Source: Vicugna vicugna (taxonomy: Eukaryota). Taken from it: a stretch of DNA of 64,000 nt. The notes below the pieces were generated by a model, which was not told where the DNA came from, did not search any database, and saw only the letters and a program-made list of their open reading frames with translations. The stretch is from assembly GCA_013265495.1 (NCBI GenBank), contig MU063315.1:434001-498000 (forward strand), in the 5' to 3' direction. A program made the translations under genes and the position numbers. Below, one piece after another: positions 26,695 through 39,179 of this stretch (position 1 is its first letter; the number at the start of each line of letters is the position of its first letter).

Positions 26695-29490
26695 CTGAAA
26701 ACTTTATTAAAATAAAATTCACATATAGTAAACTGCACAGATTGAAAGTGAACAACTTGGTAAGTTTTCAGTTATGTATACTTTTATGAAACTATAACAG
26801 CAAACCGGATAATGAGTGTATCCATCACCTCCAAGAGTTTCCTCATGGACCTTTTTCATCCCTCCCATTCCCAAGCAACCGCTGATCTGTGTTCTGTCAC
26901 TGTAGATTACTTTGTATTTTCTACAGTTTCACAGAAGTTGAATTTTGCACTGTGTGTCTTCCTTTTCCTGGTTTCTTTCATGCAGCATAATTATTTTGAG
27001 ACTTGCTGCATTCCTAGGTGTATCAATAGTTCACTGCCTTCTGTTGAGTAACATTCCTTTGGCTAACCAAATTTCCCACTGCCATTTGTTAAAAAGCCTA
27101 TCTTTTCTCTGAATTGCTTGTATACCTTTGTCAAACCAGTTTTCTCTGTACATGTGGGTCTGTTTCTGAATTCCCTGTTCTGTTCTATTGATCTATTTGT
27201 CTCTCTTCATGTTGATACCACACTATATCGATTACTCTATTTTTAGAGTGAGTCTTGAAATCAGGTAGTTAATCCACCAACTTTATTCATCATTTTCAGA
27301 GTTGTTTTGAGTATTCTAGGTCCTTTGCATTTCCATAAAAATGTTTAACCAGCTTATCAATTTCTATTTAAAAAAGACTGCTAAGGTTTTGGTTGGAATT
27401 CTTTAAATCCATAGATCAATTTTGGGAGAACTGACATCTTAACATTATTGAGTTTTCTGATGGTGTGCACAGTGTATCTTTCTTAAAAATTTACTTAAAT
27501 CATCTACAATGTTCTGAGCAATGCTTTGCAGTTTTCAGCATAAAGATTTGCACATTTATTGCCAGATATATGCCTCATTATTTCAAAATTTTAATATTAC
27601 ATTAAGTGGTACTAATTTTTTATTTCTTTCTAATTGTTTACTATTATTAGTGTATAATATATTATAATTAATATATAATATACTATAATTAATACACTGT
27701 AAGGAGCTCCTTAATATACTATAATTAATATACTAGAGTGAAATATAATATACTATAATTAATACATAAATACAATAGGTTTTTATATATTAATCTTGTG
27801 TAATGAAAACCTAATAAACTCACTAGAACTTTCTGTAGATACTATTGGATTTTCTAGGTAAGGAATCATGTTATTTGTTAATAAAGACAGTTTTATTTTA
27901 TCATCATATCTGGGTGCCTTTAATTTCTTTAGTTGATACATATTTCACTGACCAGAATCTCTGGTGGTGAGAGCTAATCTCCTTGCCCGATCATAGGGGG
28001 AATTCTTATTAGGTTGAGGAAGCTTCTGTCCATTCCTAGTTTACTGAGAATTTTATCAGAAATTAATATTAGGTTTCAACACATTTAGCAATTTTGTAGG
28101 TATTTAATAAAATAAATTACATTGATTAATTTTTGAATATGAAATCAACCTTACATTTTGGGATAAATTCTACCTGGTCATGATGTATAATATACGTTTT
28201 ACATTTGTTGACTGACTTGCTAAAATTTTGTTTGGATTATATACACCAATGTTTATGAAGTAGACTGGTCGGTTGTTTCCTTTTCTTGTGATCCTCTTGG
28301 TCTGAGTTTGGTATCAGGGTAATGCTAGCCTCATTGATTGGAACTGGGAAGTATTCTTGCTTCTTTAATTTTCTGGTAGAGGTTCTGTAGAATTTACATC
28401 AGTTCTTCCTAAATACTTGGTAGCAATTTATCAGTGAAACCATCTGGCCTAGAGTTTTTTGTTTTTGTGTTTTTTAATTCCTTTCTTCCTTCCTTCCTTC
28501 TTTCCTTCCTTCCTTCTTTTTTTCTTTTTCTATGTGTATGGTAAAGTTTTTAACTACAAATTTAATTTCTTTACTAGCTATAGGACTCTTTAGGTTGTCT
28601 ATTCTTCAGTGACCTCTCATAGTTTGTGAGTTTCAATGAATTTCTGTTTTGTCTAAGTTGACATTTATTGGATGAAGTTGTTTTTAAAAAATTTCCTTAT
28701 TTTCCTTTTCATATCTGTAGATTCTGTAGTGACGTTACCTTTCTCATTTCTGGCATTGGTACTTTGTGTTTTCTCTCTTTTCCTGATCAATCTGTTTTTT
28801 CAATTTTATTGATCTTTTTTCAGAGAACTAGGCTTTAGTTTCATTGGCTTGCTCTATTGCGTTTCTCTTTTATAGTTCACTGATTTCTCACTCTGATCTA
28901 TGCCTTTCTTCTACTTATTCAGCATTTAATTTGCTCTTCTTTCTCAAATTTCTTAAGGTAGATCTGTGGTCATGGAGTTGAAATATTTTTCTTTTCTACT
29001 ATAGCCAGTTAATGCTATAAAATTTCCCCTAAGTATTGTTCTAGTCCAATGAACTGTAAGTTTTTCTAGTCTGACTGCTGGGAACAGACACCATTCGTTG
29101 TTCCATTTGGGTGCCCGGAACAGGGGTCTCTCTAATCCTTCAAGGTGGTTCTTTCCCAGGTCTCAAGTCTCATCCTCACATGCACGTAGTGATCAACACT
29201 CAGCTGAACACACAGAGGGAGCCCCTGCAGACGCCAGGTTCTCTTTCATGCCGCTCTCTCCTCTTTGTTCCTGTGCCCTGCAAACTCGAGCTTCTTTGGT
29301 CTCTCTGAACTCACAGTTCCGTCTTCTTAGCTCAGAGGGCTCACCTCATTTATTTCTTGTCTCTTAAGAGTAGCTGTCTTCCATTGCTTGATGTCCAATG
29401 GGTTGAAAACTGTTGTTCTATGTATTTTGTCTTGTTGTTAATGTTATTTCAAGCAAGAGAGTAAATCTGGTCTCTATTGTTTCATCTTTG
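26695..29490 (-). mobile_element. Internally deleted old L1 (L1M/L1MB-MC type): 3' end, ORF2 pieces and a 5' piece
   Basis: actttattaaaataaaattcacata... is an antisense-read L1 3' end; ORF2-like antisense text runs to about 29040 with a jump near 27060; 29045-29490 resembles an L1M 5' region. Confidence 0.75.
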
Positions 29491-29519
29491 TTGGAAGCAG
29501 GCATTTTCCTCCATCATCA

Positions 29520-29670
29520 TATTTAAGCCTCCCTAGAGTCCTGTGAATTAGGTATCATTTTAAAACATCATCCTCATTTCAGACGTGAGAAAACTGAGAC
29601 AGAGAGGCCTAGCAGTGGCCACAGGTTCAGTTTTTTGATACAGGTCTTCTGGGTCTAAAGTCAGTGCTTC
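29520..29670 (-). mobile_element. MIR
   Basis: cctcatttcagacgtgagaaaactgagacagagagg core. Confidence 0.65.
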
Positions 29671-30782
29671 AAGTGACTGATTCAGCAAGCTTGTCTGGTC
29701 TCTTCGGTTTCTTTTACGTACCTTTAACACATCTTGGATTTCAATTCCTGTGTGTTAAGAGTTTGGAAGCCTTTGTAGCTTGTGCAGGGGCTTTCTTCTG
29801 GGGATTTCTTTGAGTACTTTTGATGGTAGATATTCATCATGGAAAATTACAGGCACTAACACTTACTTGGATGGACAATTACTCTCATTCCTTAAACTCT
29901 GGAATTGAAATAAGAAATATGACAGCTTGTGTTTCTCAAAACTCTGATATTTTAGTATCTGAGGCCTTGATCTGGCTCTATGTTCCATTTCCTTAAAGCA
30001 GAGTCCAAGACAGAGAAATTTTTATTTCCCCCAGCAATGAAAAGTATCAAAATGCAAAAAAAAAAAATCCAAGAATTATATTAAGCCAAAACTGTCATGT
30101 CAAATTCTAATTAATGTGTCTGATAGAAAGGCAGACATGGGTTTCTGCTCAGCAACTTTCACCACAGACACTAGTGTAATGTGGTAAAATTCCTTCCTCA
30201 ATACATGGTTACTAACATTGTTCCAGTGTGGTTTCCCCTAAAGTATGTTCTAAAATCAACATTACGTAAGAAGGTAAGTTCATCATAAAACAAAATCAAA
30301 GAAGGAGTTGCTGGATTAAGGAAAGATATTCAAACTTTTTTACAACAGGATTTGTCCCTTTTGAAAGTGTTAGTGTACATTATGAATCTCCAGAAAATGG
30401 ATACAGAATGTAATAAAGCCGATATATGTCATGATGGAATCCTGTTTTCGCACTAGCTTAGCTTTCTCTCCAAATGCAATCTGGAAAATGTTAGCACAGG
30501 GCAAAGACGAGGAGCCCCTAATCTGAGGGGCAGCTGCGGCACTTGGTTTGTTTTGTTTGGCTCTTGTGATCGTTGTCCTGTAGTCCAGCTACTCTTTCCA
30601 GGCAATTATTTCCTCTCAATGCAGTGTTTCGGCTCTTTCAGTCATGTTTTCAGACTGAGAGATGCTGAAGTGTTTTGAGCAATGGATAAACCACCAATAA
30701 GCATTCTAAAAGCAAACAAGATGATGGAAAAAAAAAATTGATGCATAAGGAGGTATCCTGTAATTAGCCTACCTCAAATCCT

Positions 30783-30933
30783 TTTTTTTTTTTAATTTTT
30801 GTTTCTTTGGTGGGGTAGTTTTTTAATTGGTTAATTAATTAATTAATTTTAGAGGAAGTGCTAGGGACTGAACCTAGGACCTCATGCCTGCTAAGCATGC
30901 AGTCTACCACTTGAGCTATACCCTCCCTCCCCC
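30783..30933 (-). mobile_element. tRNA-Ala-derived SINE with 18-bp target-site duplication
   Basis: Same head; AGCCTACCTCAAaTCCTT at 30766-30783 versus AGCCTACCTCAAgTCCTT at 30934-30951 (1 mismatch). Confidence 0.92.
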
Positions 30934-32877
30934 AGCCTACCTCAAGTCCTTATGAAACATTTTTATCAGAGAAAATGTGGACCCCTCCAGCTGGAAGCTT
31001 ACTGTAACAGAACAGGAAAAGAACCAGGCTCCAAGCTAGTGGAACCAACCTTTTGAAATAAAGGAAATTGTTTTAATGTCAAAAAATTCCACACACTCCA
31101 TAAATGTTATTTGTACTTTTAGTATCCTTTTTTGAGAAAACACACAGTAGCAAGAAACTACTATGATTTCAGTAATTTACAAACTAATTTCTTATTTGTT
31201 AACTGCAACAACTTTTGCGTTAAAATAAGGTACATGTGCATATAAACACACACATATTCACACAAGGATGTGCAAAGCATAGTTCAGTCTATTGACTGAG
31301 CTCAACCCCTTAGGAACTCTAGACCCAGTCAATAAATCAACAGTCACCCCCAGGACGTGCAGCCCACAGACTGGGAACCACCATTCTAAGTCCGCTAGCC
31401 ATCGAACCCTGCCTAGGTCTAAGAGAAATAAAGTCACATTTATTTAGCAAGACTTATCAAGTACTTGCTATATACAAGGCATTGTGCTAGGAATTTGAAA
31501 AGCAGAGATGAGTAAGAAGACATTGTACTCTTCTTGAGAAATTTATAATTTAATGGAGAAAGGTGAACATGACACGTTTATAGGCTGGTGTAATAACGTG
31601 AAATTTCTATTTCTATATTAATGTAACACGATGGAAAAAATTACATTCCTGTAGCTGCTTTGTCCTCTGCGGGGATGGCATCATTTTTTTTTTATTTTGC
31701 TAGAGTAAATAGCCTTCTGTGTGGCACAGTAACTTATTTATTTTGGTGTGTAGAGATATTGAGAAGAAAGGAAGTAAGGATTACAGAAAAAGGGAGGGAA
31801 AGGAATCAATCAACATGGCGACAGGAAGCTGGTGGGGGAGTGGGGGTGTGTGGGGGAGAGTTCTGTGGAAAAATGAGGACTGGAAGAAATGTTAGACTGG
31901 ATACAGTGGCCATAGATGGGGGAGAGGTGGTTAAGGTCAACTCCTATTAAATTAAAACATTAACACAGAAGAGTGCAAAAATTGAAACTATACATCAATT
32001 TTTCTTAAAACAAACACATCTTGCCTCAAGAAATAGAACATTACTGGAATCCTAGAAATGCCCTCAGAGCCAGTGTACTTTTGTGTTGCTCTGAACACGT
32101 TTCTCTCATCCTCACTTTGCTGCTAGTAGTCTGGTACACACATAGATGCCTGTGTGACTGCTTACGTGGTGGCATAAAAATAAAGGACGTGGAGGATCTG
32201 TGTTCAATATATGGATTGTATGTGACAAAAAGAAGATGAAATGCACAGGATGTGAAATGTGAGGGAAACAGGGATTCTTTGAGAATGGGCAACTGGAGCC
32301 ATTAGAAACCATGAGAGCATAAGCTCAGTGGAACTGACAGATATCTTGAGACAGGCTCTTCACTGAGCAAGGATTAGCACGTGTAAAAGCATGGACACTT
32401 GGGTGGCCGTGCCACCCTACAGCGGAAGAGCACACAGTCTGTGAGTGGCTGGAGCATAGATTTTGTGGGTTTCAGGAATAAAAGATGAGATCTGAAGAAC
32501 GTAAATGATGAATCTGAAGAGCTTTGACTGGAGCAAAAGAATTGGGATTGCTTTTTGCAGACACTGGCGAACCAAAGAAGATCTTTAAGAACGAGAGTGA
32601 CATGATGGAATTTGTCCTTTAGATGGACACTTTGGGGATGAGTTTTCAGCATAAAATGGAGGTGGAAGGAGCTGGTACCAAAAAGAAGACTAAACAGGGA
32701 GTTCATTCTAATACCTGGGGTGAGAGATAATGAATATCTACATCACGGCAGTAGGATAAAGATTTGAATTCAGGCAGAAATGAAAAGGAGGGAACAGATG
32801 TGGAAGATGTTCAAGTATTAGAATTAAGAGTATTTGGTCACCAGTTGGCTATGAGGAGGAGACAAGGGCATCCCTTA

Positions 32878-32996
32878 GTCCCACATCCTGGGGACAGGGT
32901 GGATGCGTGCATCATTGTCCCACATCCTGGGAGACAGGGTGGATGTGTGCATCATTGTCCCACATCCTGGGAGACAGGGTGGATGAGTGCATCATT
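32878..32996. repeat. Minisatellite, 3 x 40 bp
   Basis: Unit gtcccacatcctgggagacagggtggatgNgtgcatcatt at 32878 (39 nt), 32917 and 32957. Confidence 0.97.
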
Positions 32997-33339
32997 TACT
33001 GAAACTGGAGGTGCACAGAGGAGGAACTCAAAGTTTGGGGCTCTGGTTGGAGAAGTTATAAGGAGGTTAGTTTTAGATCTATAAGTTCCAGGTGCCCTCA
33101 GGACATGGAGGTGAGCATGTTTGTGTGTTAATGTCACAGATGACATCTCTGGAAGTTACTGGAAGTGACAGGGAGAACTCAAAGAAAGGAGATGGAAATG
33201 AATGTCAGTGGGTGACAGAGTATAACTGTAAAGGAAATGGGTCTTCAAGTTAGTTCAAAATAGAATAGCATACAGTTACTAGAAAACAATTTTAATTCTC
33301 TGTAGCTTTTATTACTGGGTTATTTAAATGAACAATTAG

Positions 33340-33490
33340 AACAGTTGGTATTGATATGAGAGTATTTTATGATGTTGTTGCTTGGGGGTGGTAGTTACAG
33401 AGATGTATATACATGTAAAAATTCACAAAGCTTAACTTCACTTAAGATTTGTGTATTTTATGCACATTACTATATATATATATATAATTC
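33340..33490 (+). mobile_element. L1MB/MC 3' end fragment with (TA)n tail
   Basis: gggggtggtagttacagagatgtatatacatgtaaaaattcacaaagc...ttaagatttgtgtatttta. Confidence 0.6.
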
Positions 33491-34779
33491 TACAATACAC
33501 ACACAAACACCGCACACATGCCACACAGATGTCATCTCACACCATGCTTCTCTGATTTCTGGATTCCATTGGCCAGTTACAGTCCCACACTCCAGCCTCC
33601 CTCTCCTCCACCACTGCCCAATTAGGAACTGACATAAAGTTGCCAAGTTCTCATTTTACCAAGCACTGACATTTAAAAACACTCACAAATCCCCACTTAC
33701 TGCCTCATTCATTTCACAAAAGGATGAACTGATAGCAAAAACACAGTATGGATGTGAGCTCCGGGAGGAAATGCATGATAAAACACTCACTGCATGTTCC
33801 TGTTTTTCTCCTTTTGGTGCTGGTGACAACTTCTCTGTGGACTGGAAGTAGTTCATGGGCCAGGATTTCCAACCCACTGCCCCAAGGCACTCCTGTGTTC
33901 CAGCATCATGATGATAAAGGCACGTATACCACCAATAAAACAGCTCACTCCTTTGCAAATGCACATGAGGTTCTTGTTACACAAGGTGGGATACGGGGTC
34001 TCAACAAATCCCTTATCAGTTTCAACAAACCTTAACCTTTGCACCTTGACTTACAGATTCGCTTTGGCCCCATCTAATTACTAGAGTCAAGATTCCCTTT
34101 GGATGTGCTGCAAATAATACCAACCGAACCCTTTGTTTATAGCCCTTATTATGTCACTTACAACATTGAATTGCAATTTTTGTTGGCACGGCTATCACCC
34201 CAACTAGACACTAAGCCCCTTGAGGGCAGGAACTAGTTTTCCTCATCTTGGTACCTTTACCACAGTGTGAACCTTTCTAAGTGTTTGTTGAATAACTGAA
34301 TGAATGGCTCTGCTCAGGTTATGTCTCCTGAAACATCATAATTACACATGGCATATCCTTGCTACTATTTTATAGTTTATTGATGGAAGTAGGAATTGGC
34401 TGTGTCCTTCAACATTCACTCACTCACTCTCAGACAGACGTGAAACCCTTACTATTGCCTTACACTGTGCTAACTGCTAAAGATGACCAAAATGATCCCA
34501 GAATGTAGGTCTTGCCTTCGAGGATGTCCAGAATAGCTACGGCTCCTTTCTGGAGCTCCCATTATCTTTTTAGCACAGTGCCAATTTCCTGGATGATATA
34601 AACATAAACCATCAAATTGTCTGCAATCTTAATGGAGTGAACATTTTCTCTCATATGTTTTTCTTATCACTCTGAGAAGCAGTGCCCACTCTATGTACGA
34701 GTCTTCATCTCTGCCAGATCACAGCCACTATCCCCATGACTAGTGTGCTTAAATTGGAGCCTTAGCCTTATCCGTGTTA

Positions 34780-35136
<357 letters not shown>

Positions 35137-37059
35137 TTAGGCCACATGATGGTCCTATGTTACACTATGTGATTACTGAGTTAGCAGCTTGTTAGAATTA
35201 AAAAGTGCGAAGCACAATGGAAACTCTGGGTCTAAGAGTGCTGGAAGGCACCAGTCTCACTTACCGTGAGCTCCAGAGGATAACCTGGTGCTTTTGGCAG
35301 TTTTACTGGTTGTAAAGTACAGGATATGCATGGAAGCCTCATAATATCACTATACACACTATCTACTGAACATACAATAGCCAGGTCGAGTTAACGTTAA
35401 ATACATTCTTTGCCTTTACTTAATCATCATCATCACAGTGATCATAACAGAAAAATGAAAAGTATTTCTAAAATAGACCTAAAAATTGAACCACCCTATG
35501 ACATGATATTCATTTTTTTTCATGTTTTACATGTGATAAGAAGTTAAAAAAGAAAAAATTTCTGATTATGTTCATTCTATTAAATATGGATTCATCAGAG
35601 CCTCAAACTGTCATCCTTATAGTGCAAACCCTCCTTCCTATCCCACAGTACTTCCCTAATACGTTTAACACACACATATGAAATCATGTTTTACATTAGA
35701 GTGATTAAAAGCACTTCTTAACAACAGGCCATCAAAGATGGCGGCAGGGATCATGGGCCTCATCATTGATACCATTCTATGCACTGATCGCTCAAAGTCC
35801 TCTAGGAATTGAAAAATAAAAGAGTTTGAAATCAGACAGATCCTGTTACGACGGTATAAGAGAGTAAGGAAAAGTATTCTAAGCTTATTTGAAAAAGACA
35901 TGAGACACACAGTGCTGGAAAGAAAAGAAGTGAAAAGATGTTTATATAAAATGTGAACACACCGTAGGGCATTCAGGAAAAAAGCATCTCTGCCTTTTCC
36001 CAGCCTCTCTGTCATTTGGAAAATGCACAATTGTGCTGGGTATCTGCTGGGACCCCGGGGTTACTATCCTTCCTTTGAAGAGCTGCACGTGCTCTTTCAG
36101 AAAAGGTAAAGGAAGTCAGGGGAAGTTTAACAATGAAAAAAAAAGTAACAACAAAGAGGGAAGAGAGGATGTGGGGAGAGTTGAGGGGGAAAAGAGTGGA
36201 GCTTCCTGAATGCAAGACAGGAAAGGATTTGGACATAAGCTAGGTTGAGGGAGTAGGTTCTGGGTAAAGGCTGAGGGAAAGGATTTACAGTAGCAATCAT
36301 GATTTATTTCATCAATATTCCAATATTTTTAGCTACTGGAATATTTCTTCTTATCTTCCTTCCAATCTTTCAATGCATTTTTGTCTTTTATCTTTTTCTT
36401 TCTTTTTTTTTTTTTGGAGGCAGAATGCATGCTCCAGTATTTTGCATATAAAATCAGTGCTGGGGAAGGTATTATATAAGCAATTAATTAGAATAAGTGA
36501 AAAGAGGCATGTCCTGTTTTTCAATATGCTCTGCTATACCAATTCTGACTTACACGTTGATAATGAGAGTTGTTCCAAAGATCATAGATTGCTCATTAAG
36601 ATATCACAGGGGCTTAGATATTTCCTAGGCATCAGTGGGTGGAGGAGGAGAAAAAAAATAAACAAACAAAAAAATAGACCATTTCTTCCTCTAAATCCTC
36701 CTTGACAAGAAGATACTTCATTAAAAATGATCTATGTTGAAATCTCAAAAACTTTTGTGGCACATTAGGAAAAAAAATAATAAATAATGCAATATATTTT
36801 GTCCCAGTGTTGAATGTGGTGACTTCACACGTTATCTTCCCTCAAGTTTTTCATTTTCAGCTGCAAAAGATTGTATTTAAAGCTGACAAGTTGAAATGAA
36901 GTGGGCTTGTTTGCTTCATTTTCTCCCTGTGTTTTGGAGGGTTTGTTATATCAAGAGAGGAGAGTGCAGGGCTCACTGGCACTGGAGGAGATGCAGGGGC
37001 GTGCAGCGAATGGGACAGGAGGCCCTGTTTGTCAAGCAGAAGCCCGTTCCCAGAGGAAG

Positions 37060-37135
37060 TGGGTATGCAAATTGCTCCTTTTGTTCATGCTAGCTCGCGC
37101 TTATGTAACGCTATGATTATGAATATTACGTAAGA
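37060..37135. promoter_or_regulatory. Candidate enhancer motif cluster (octamer plus two PAR-bZIP sites)
   Basis: ATGCAAAT 37065-37072, TTATGTAA 37101-37108 and TTACGTAA 37126-37133 in repeat-poor sequence. Confidence 0.4.
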
Positions 37136-37886
37136 AATGTAAGATTATAATGGATCCAATTTACCCTTCACAATTCATTCACTGAATTAATGGGGATTGT
37201 AAAAAGCCTGTCTTGATCAACTTTTTTGGAAGTAATATTTCCATTGAAAAAAAAAGTGTCAGGACCAGAGTGTGTTAATTTCCTCATCACTCATGTTCTT
37301 TAGCTTTTTTTCCCCCCAAGCATGAATCTCTACATTTAATAAGTAAAAGATGATTTTTCAGTAGATTAAAAGTTAGTGGTGATTTTTAAAAGCCTTTTGT
37401 TCCAGGTATTTCCATTCAACAGCAAAATAAAAATCATAAAAGAATTTGTGTATAAACAGAAGACTCTAATATCTGTGTGACTGAAAAAAAGGGGGTTATT
37501 TAGGCTTCGGAAGGAATATCTGCTTTGTAAGCCAAAGAAAGAAGTTCAGTCTATACCGGCTAAGTTAGATGGTGCTATATAGACTTTAGGTTATTAAATA
37601 TTAACAAGTTCAGAAAAATGATGCTCTTAAGATTTGCATTAGGATGATAGGGTACCTCAAAGTGAGGAGTGATAAGTTCAAAAATAAAAGGAATAGCCAA
37701 GAAAAACGTGAGCTTACCTTTCTACTATTTAATGCTTTCCATGACGTTGTTAGAGTGAGCTCTCAAGTTACTGGCACTACTTTAATGCCTTTGGGTGACA
37801 TGTGTTTTACCAAATCAGGAAAAAAGCAGGGAGAGAGATAAAGAAACTGAAAATGTACCACATTTAAGGCAATTTTCTAGATTTAA

Positions 37887-37924
<38 letters not shown>
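37887..37924. repeat. (TATC)9 microsatellite
   Basis: Uninterrupted tetranucleotide run. Confidence 0.95.
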
Positions 37925-38022
37925 CCGATCTTTTATCCAATTTCTCTCCATTCTCATCAGTGGACATTTTACCCATCTCTTTATAACTCATTTCATTATT
38001 TTCTTTCCATTTTTTTGATATA

Positions 38023-38660
38023 CAGTTGTTCCTCATTATTTGCAGATTCTATATTTGCAAATTCACCTGCTTGCTAAAATTTATTCATGACCCCCATATC
38101 AATACTCGTGGCACCTTTGAGGTCATTCTCAGACATGCACAGCATGGCAAAAAGATCTGAGTCTCCTGATGTGCATGTTCCCAGCTGAGACTGAATGAGG
38201 TGACCCTCTGCTTCCTTGTTTCAGCTTTATACTATAAACCAATATCCTTTTCATGGTCTGTCTAGTGCCAAGTTTTTGCATTTTTGTCTGTTTTTTTTAA
38301 ATTGATTTTGCCGTTTAAAATACCCAAAAGCATAGGGCTGATGTGCTATCTAGAGTTCCCAAGTGCGAGAAGTCTCTACCTTACACAGAAAGTCAGCTGC
38401 ATTCAGGCATGAGTAGAGTGCTGTTTGTTACAATTTCAACATTAATTCATAAACAACGTATATTAAATAAGGTGTCTTTAGACAGGAACACCCATAAAGC
38501 AAAGTTGCATATTGACTAGTTGATGAAAATACTGTGCCTAGAGGCTCATGGCAATTTAAACCTATATTTCCCCTAGGAGTAATGTCAGTATTCACTAGTT
38601 CACTAAGTGTATGGTGCCTGTTTCTAGAACATAACTACTATGAACAACAAGAATTAAGTG
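38023..38660 (+). mobile_element. MER82-like TcMar-Tigger element, near full length
   Basis: TA|cagttgttcctcattatttgcagattctatatttgcaaattcacc ... agaacataactactatgaacaacaagaattaagtg; about 640 bp, collinear with the recalled MER82 consensus. Confidence 0.75.
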
Positions 38661-39179
38661 GAGATTTGAATGTTGTTATATTTAGACTTCCAGTCCTTTT
38701 TATTTTTCTTTCTTTCTTTCTTTTTTTTTTTCCAGCTATGAAACAGAGTAACTTGGACACTTGAAACAGGAAAAAAATGTTTTTAACTTACTTAGGTTGA
38801 CATCACTACGAGAGAAATCTTCAGTTTGTACCCATTCTCAAAATGCCTCCTCAGCAGAAACCTTAGATTCCTTTAAATCTTGCTTGCACATATCTTAAGA
38901 ACATGCTCATCTAATAAGAATTCAGTTTCATTTTCTTCCCAATATTGCACTCTAAAATATTTACCCCTACTCTATGATCTGTTATTTCCCCCTTCCCCTG
39001 TCAACCCCCAATTTCCATTATTTCTCAAGTTAGCCATTCATGAAAGTTTAATTTTTATCTGTTTTCAACAGGAGGTTCTTAATTATAAACAAAAATTGAC
39101 TCTGAAATTTTCCATCCAAAATGCATCTTCTATATCTTTATAAGTTTCCTTCTTTTCTTCAACATTTATTAAATATTTA

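Noticed and set aside
30261-30270. Second ATTACGTAAG PAR-bZIP palindrome
   Set aside because: Isolated and apparently inside an old DNA-transposon relic; no supporting cluster.
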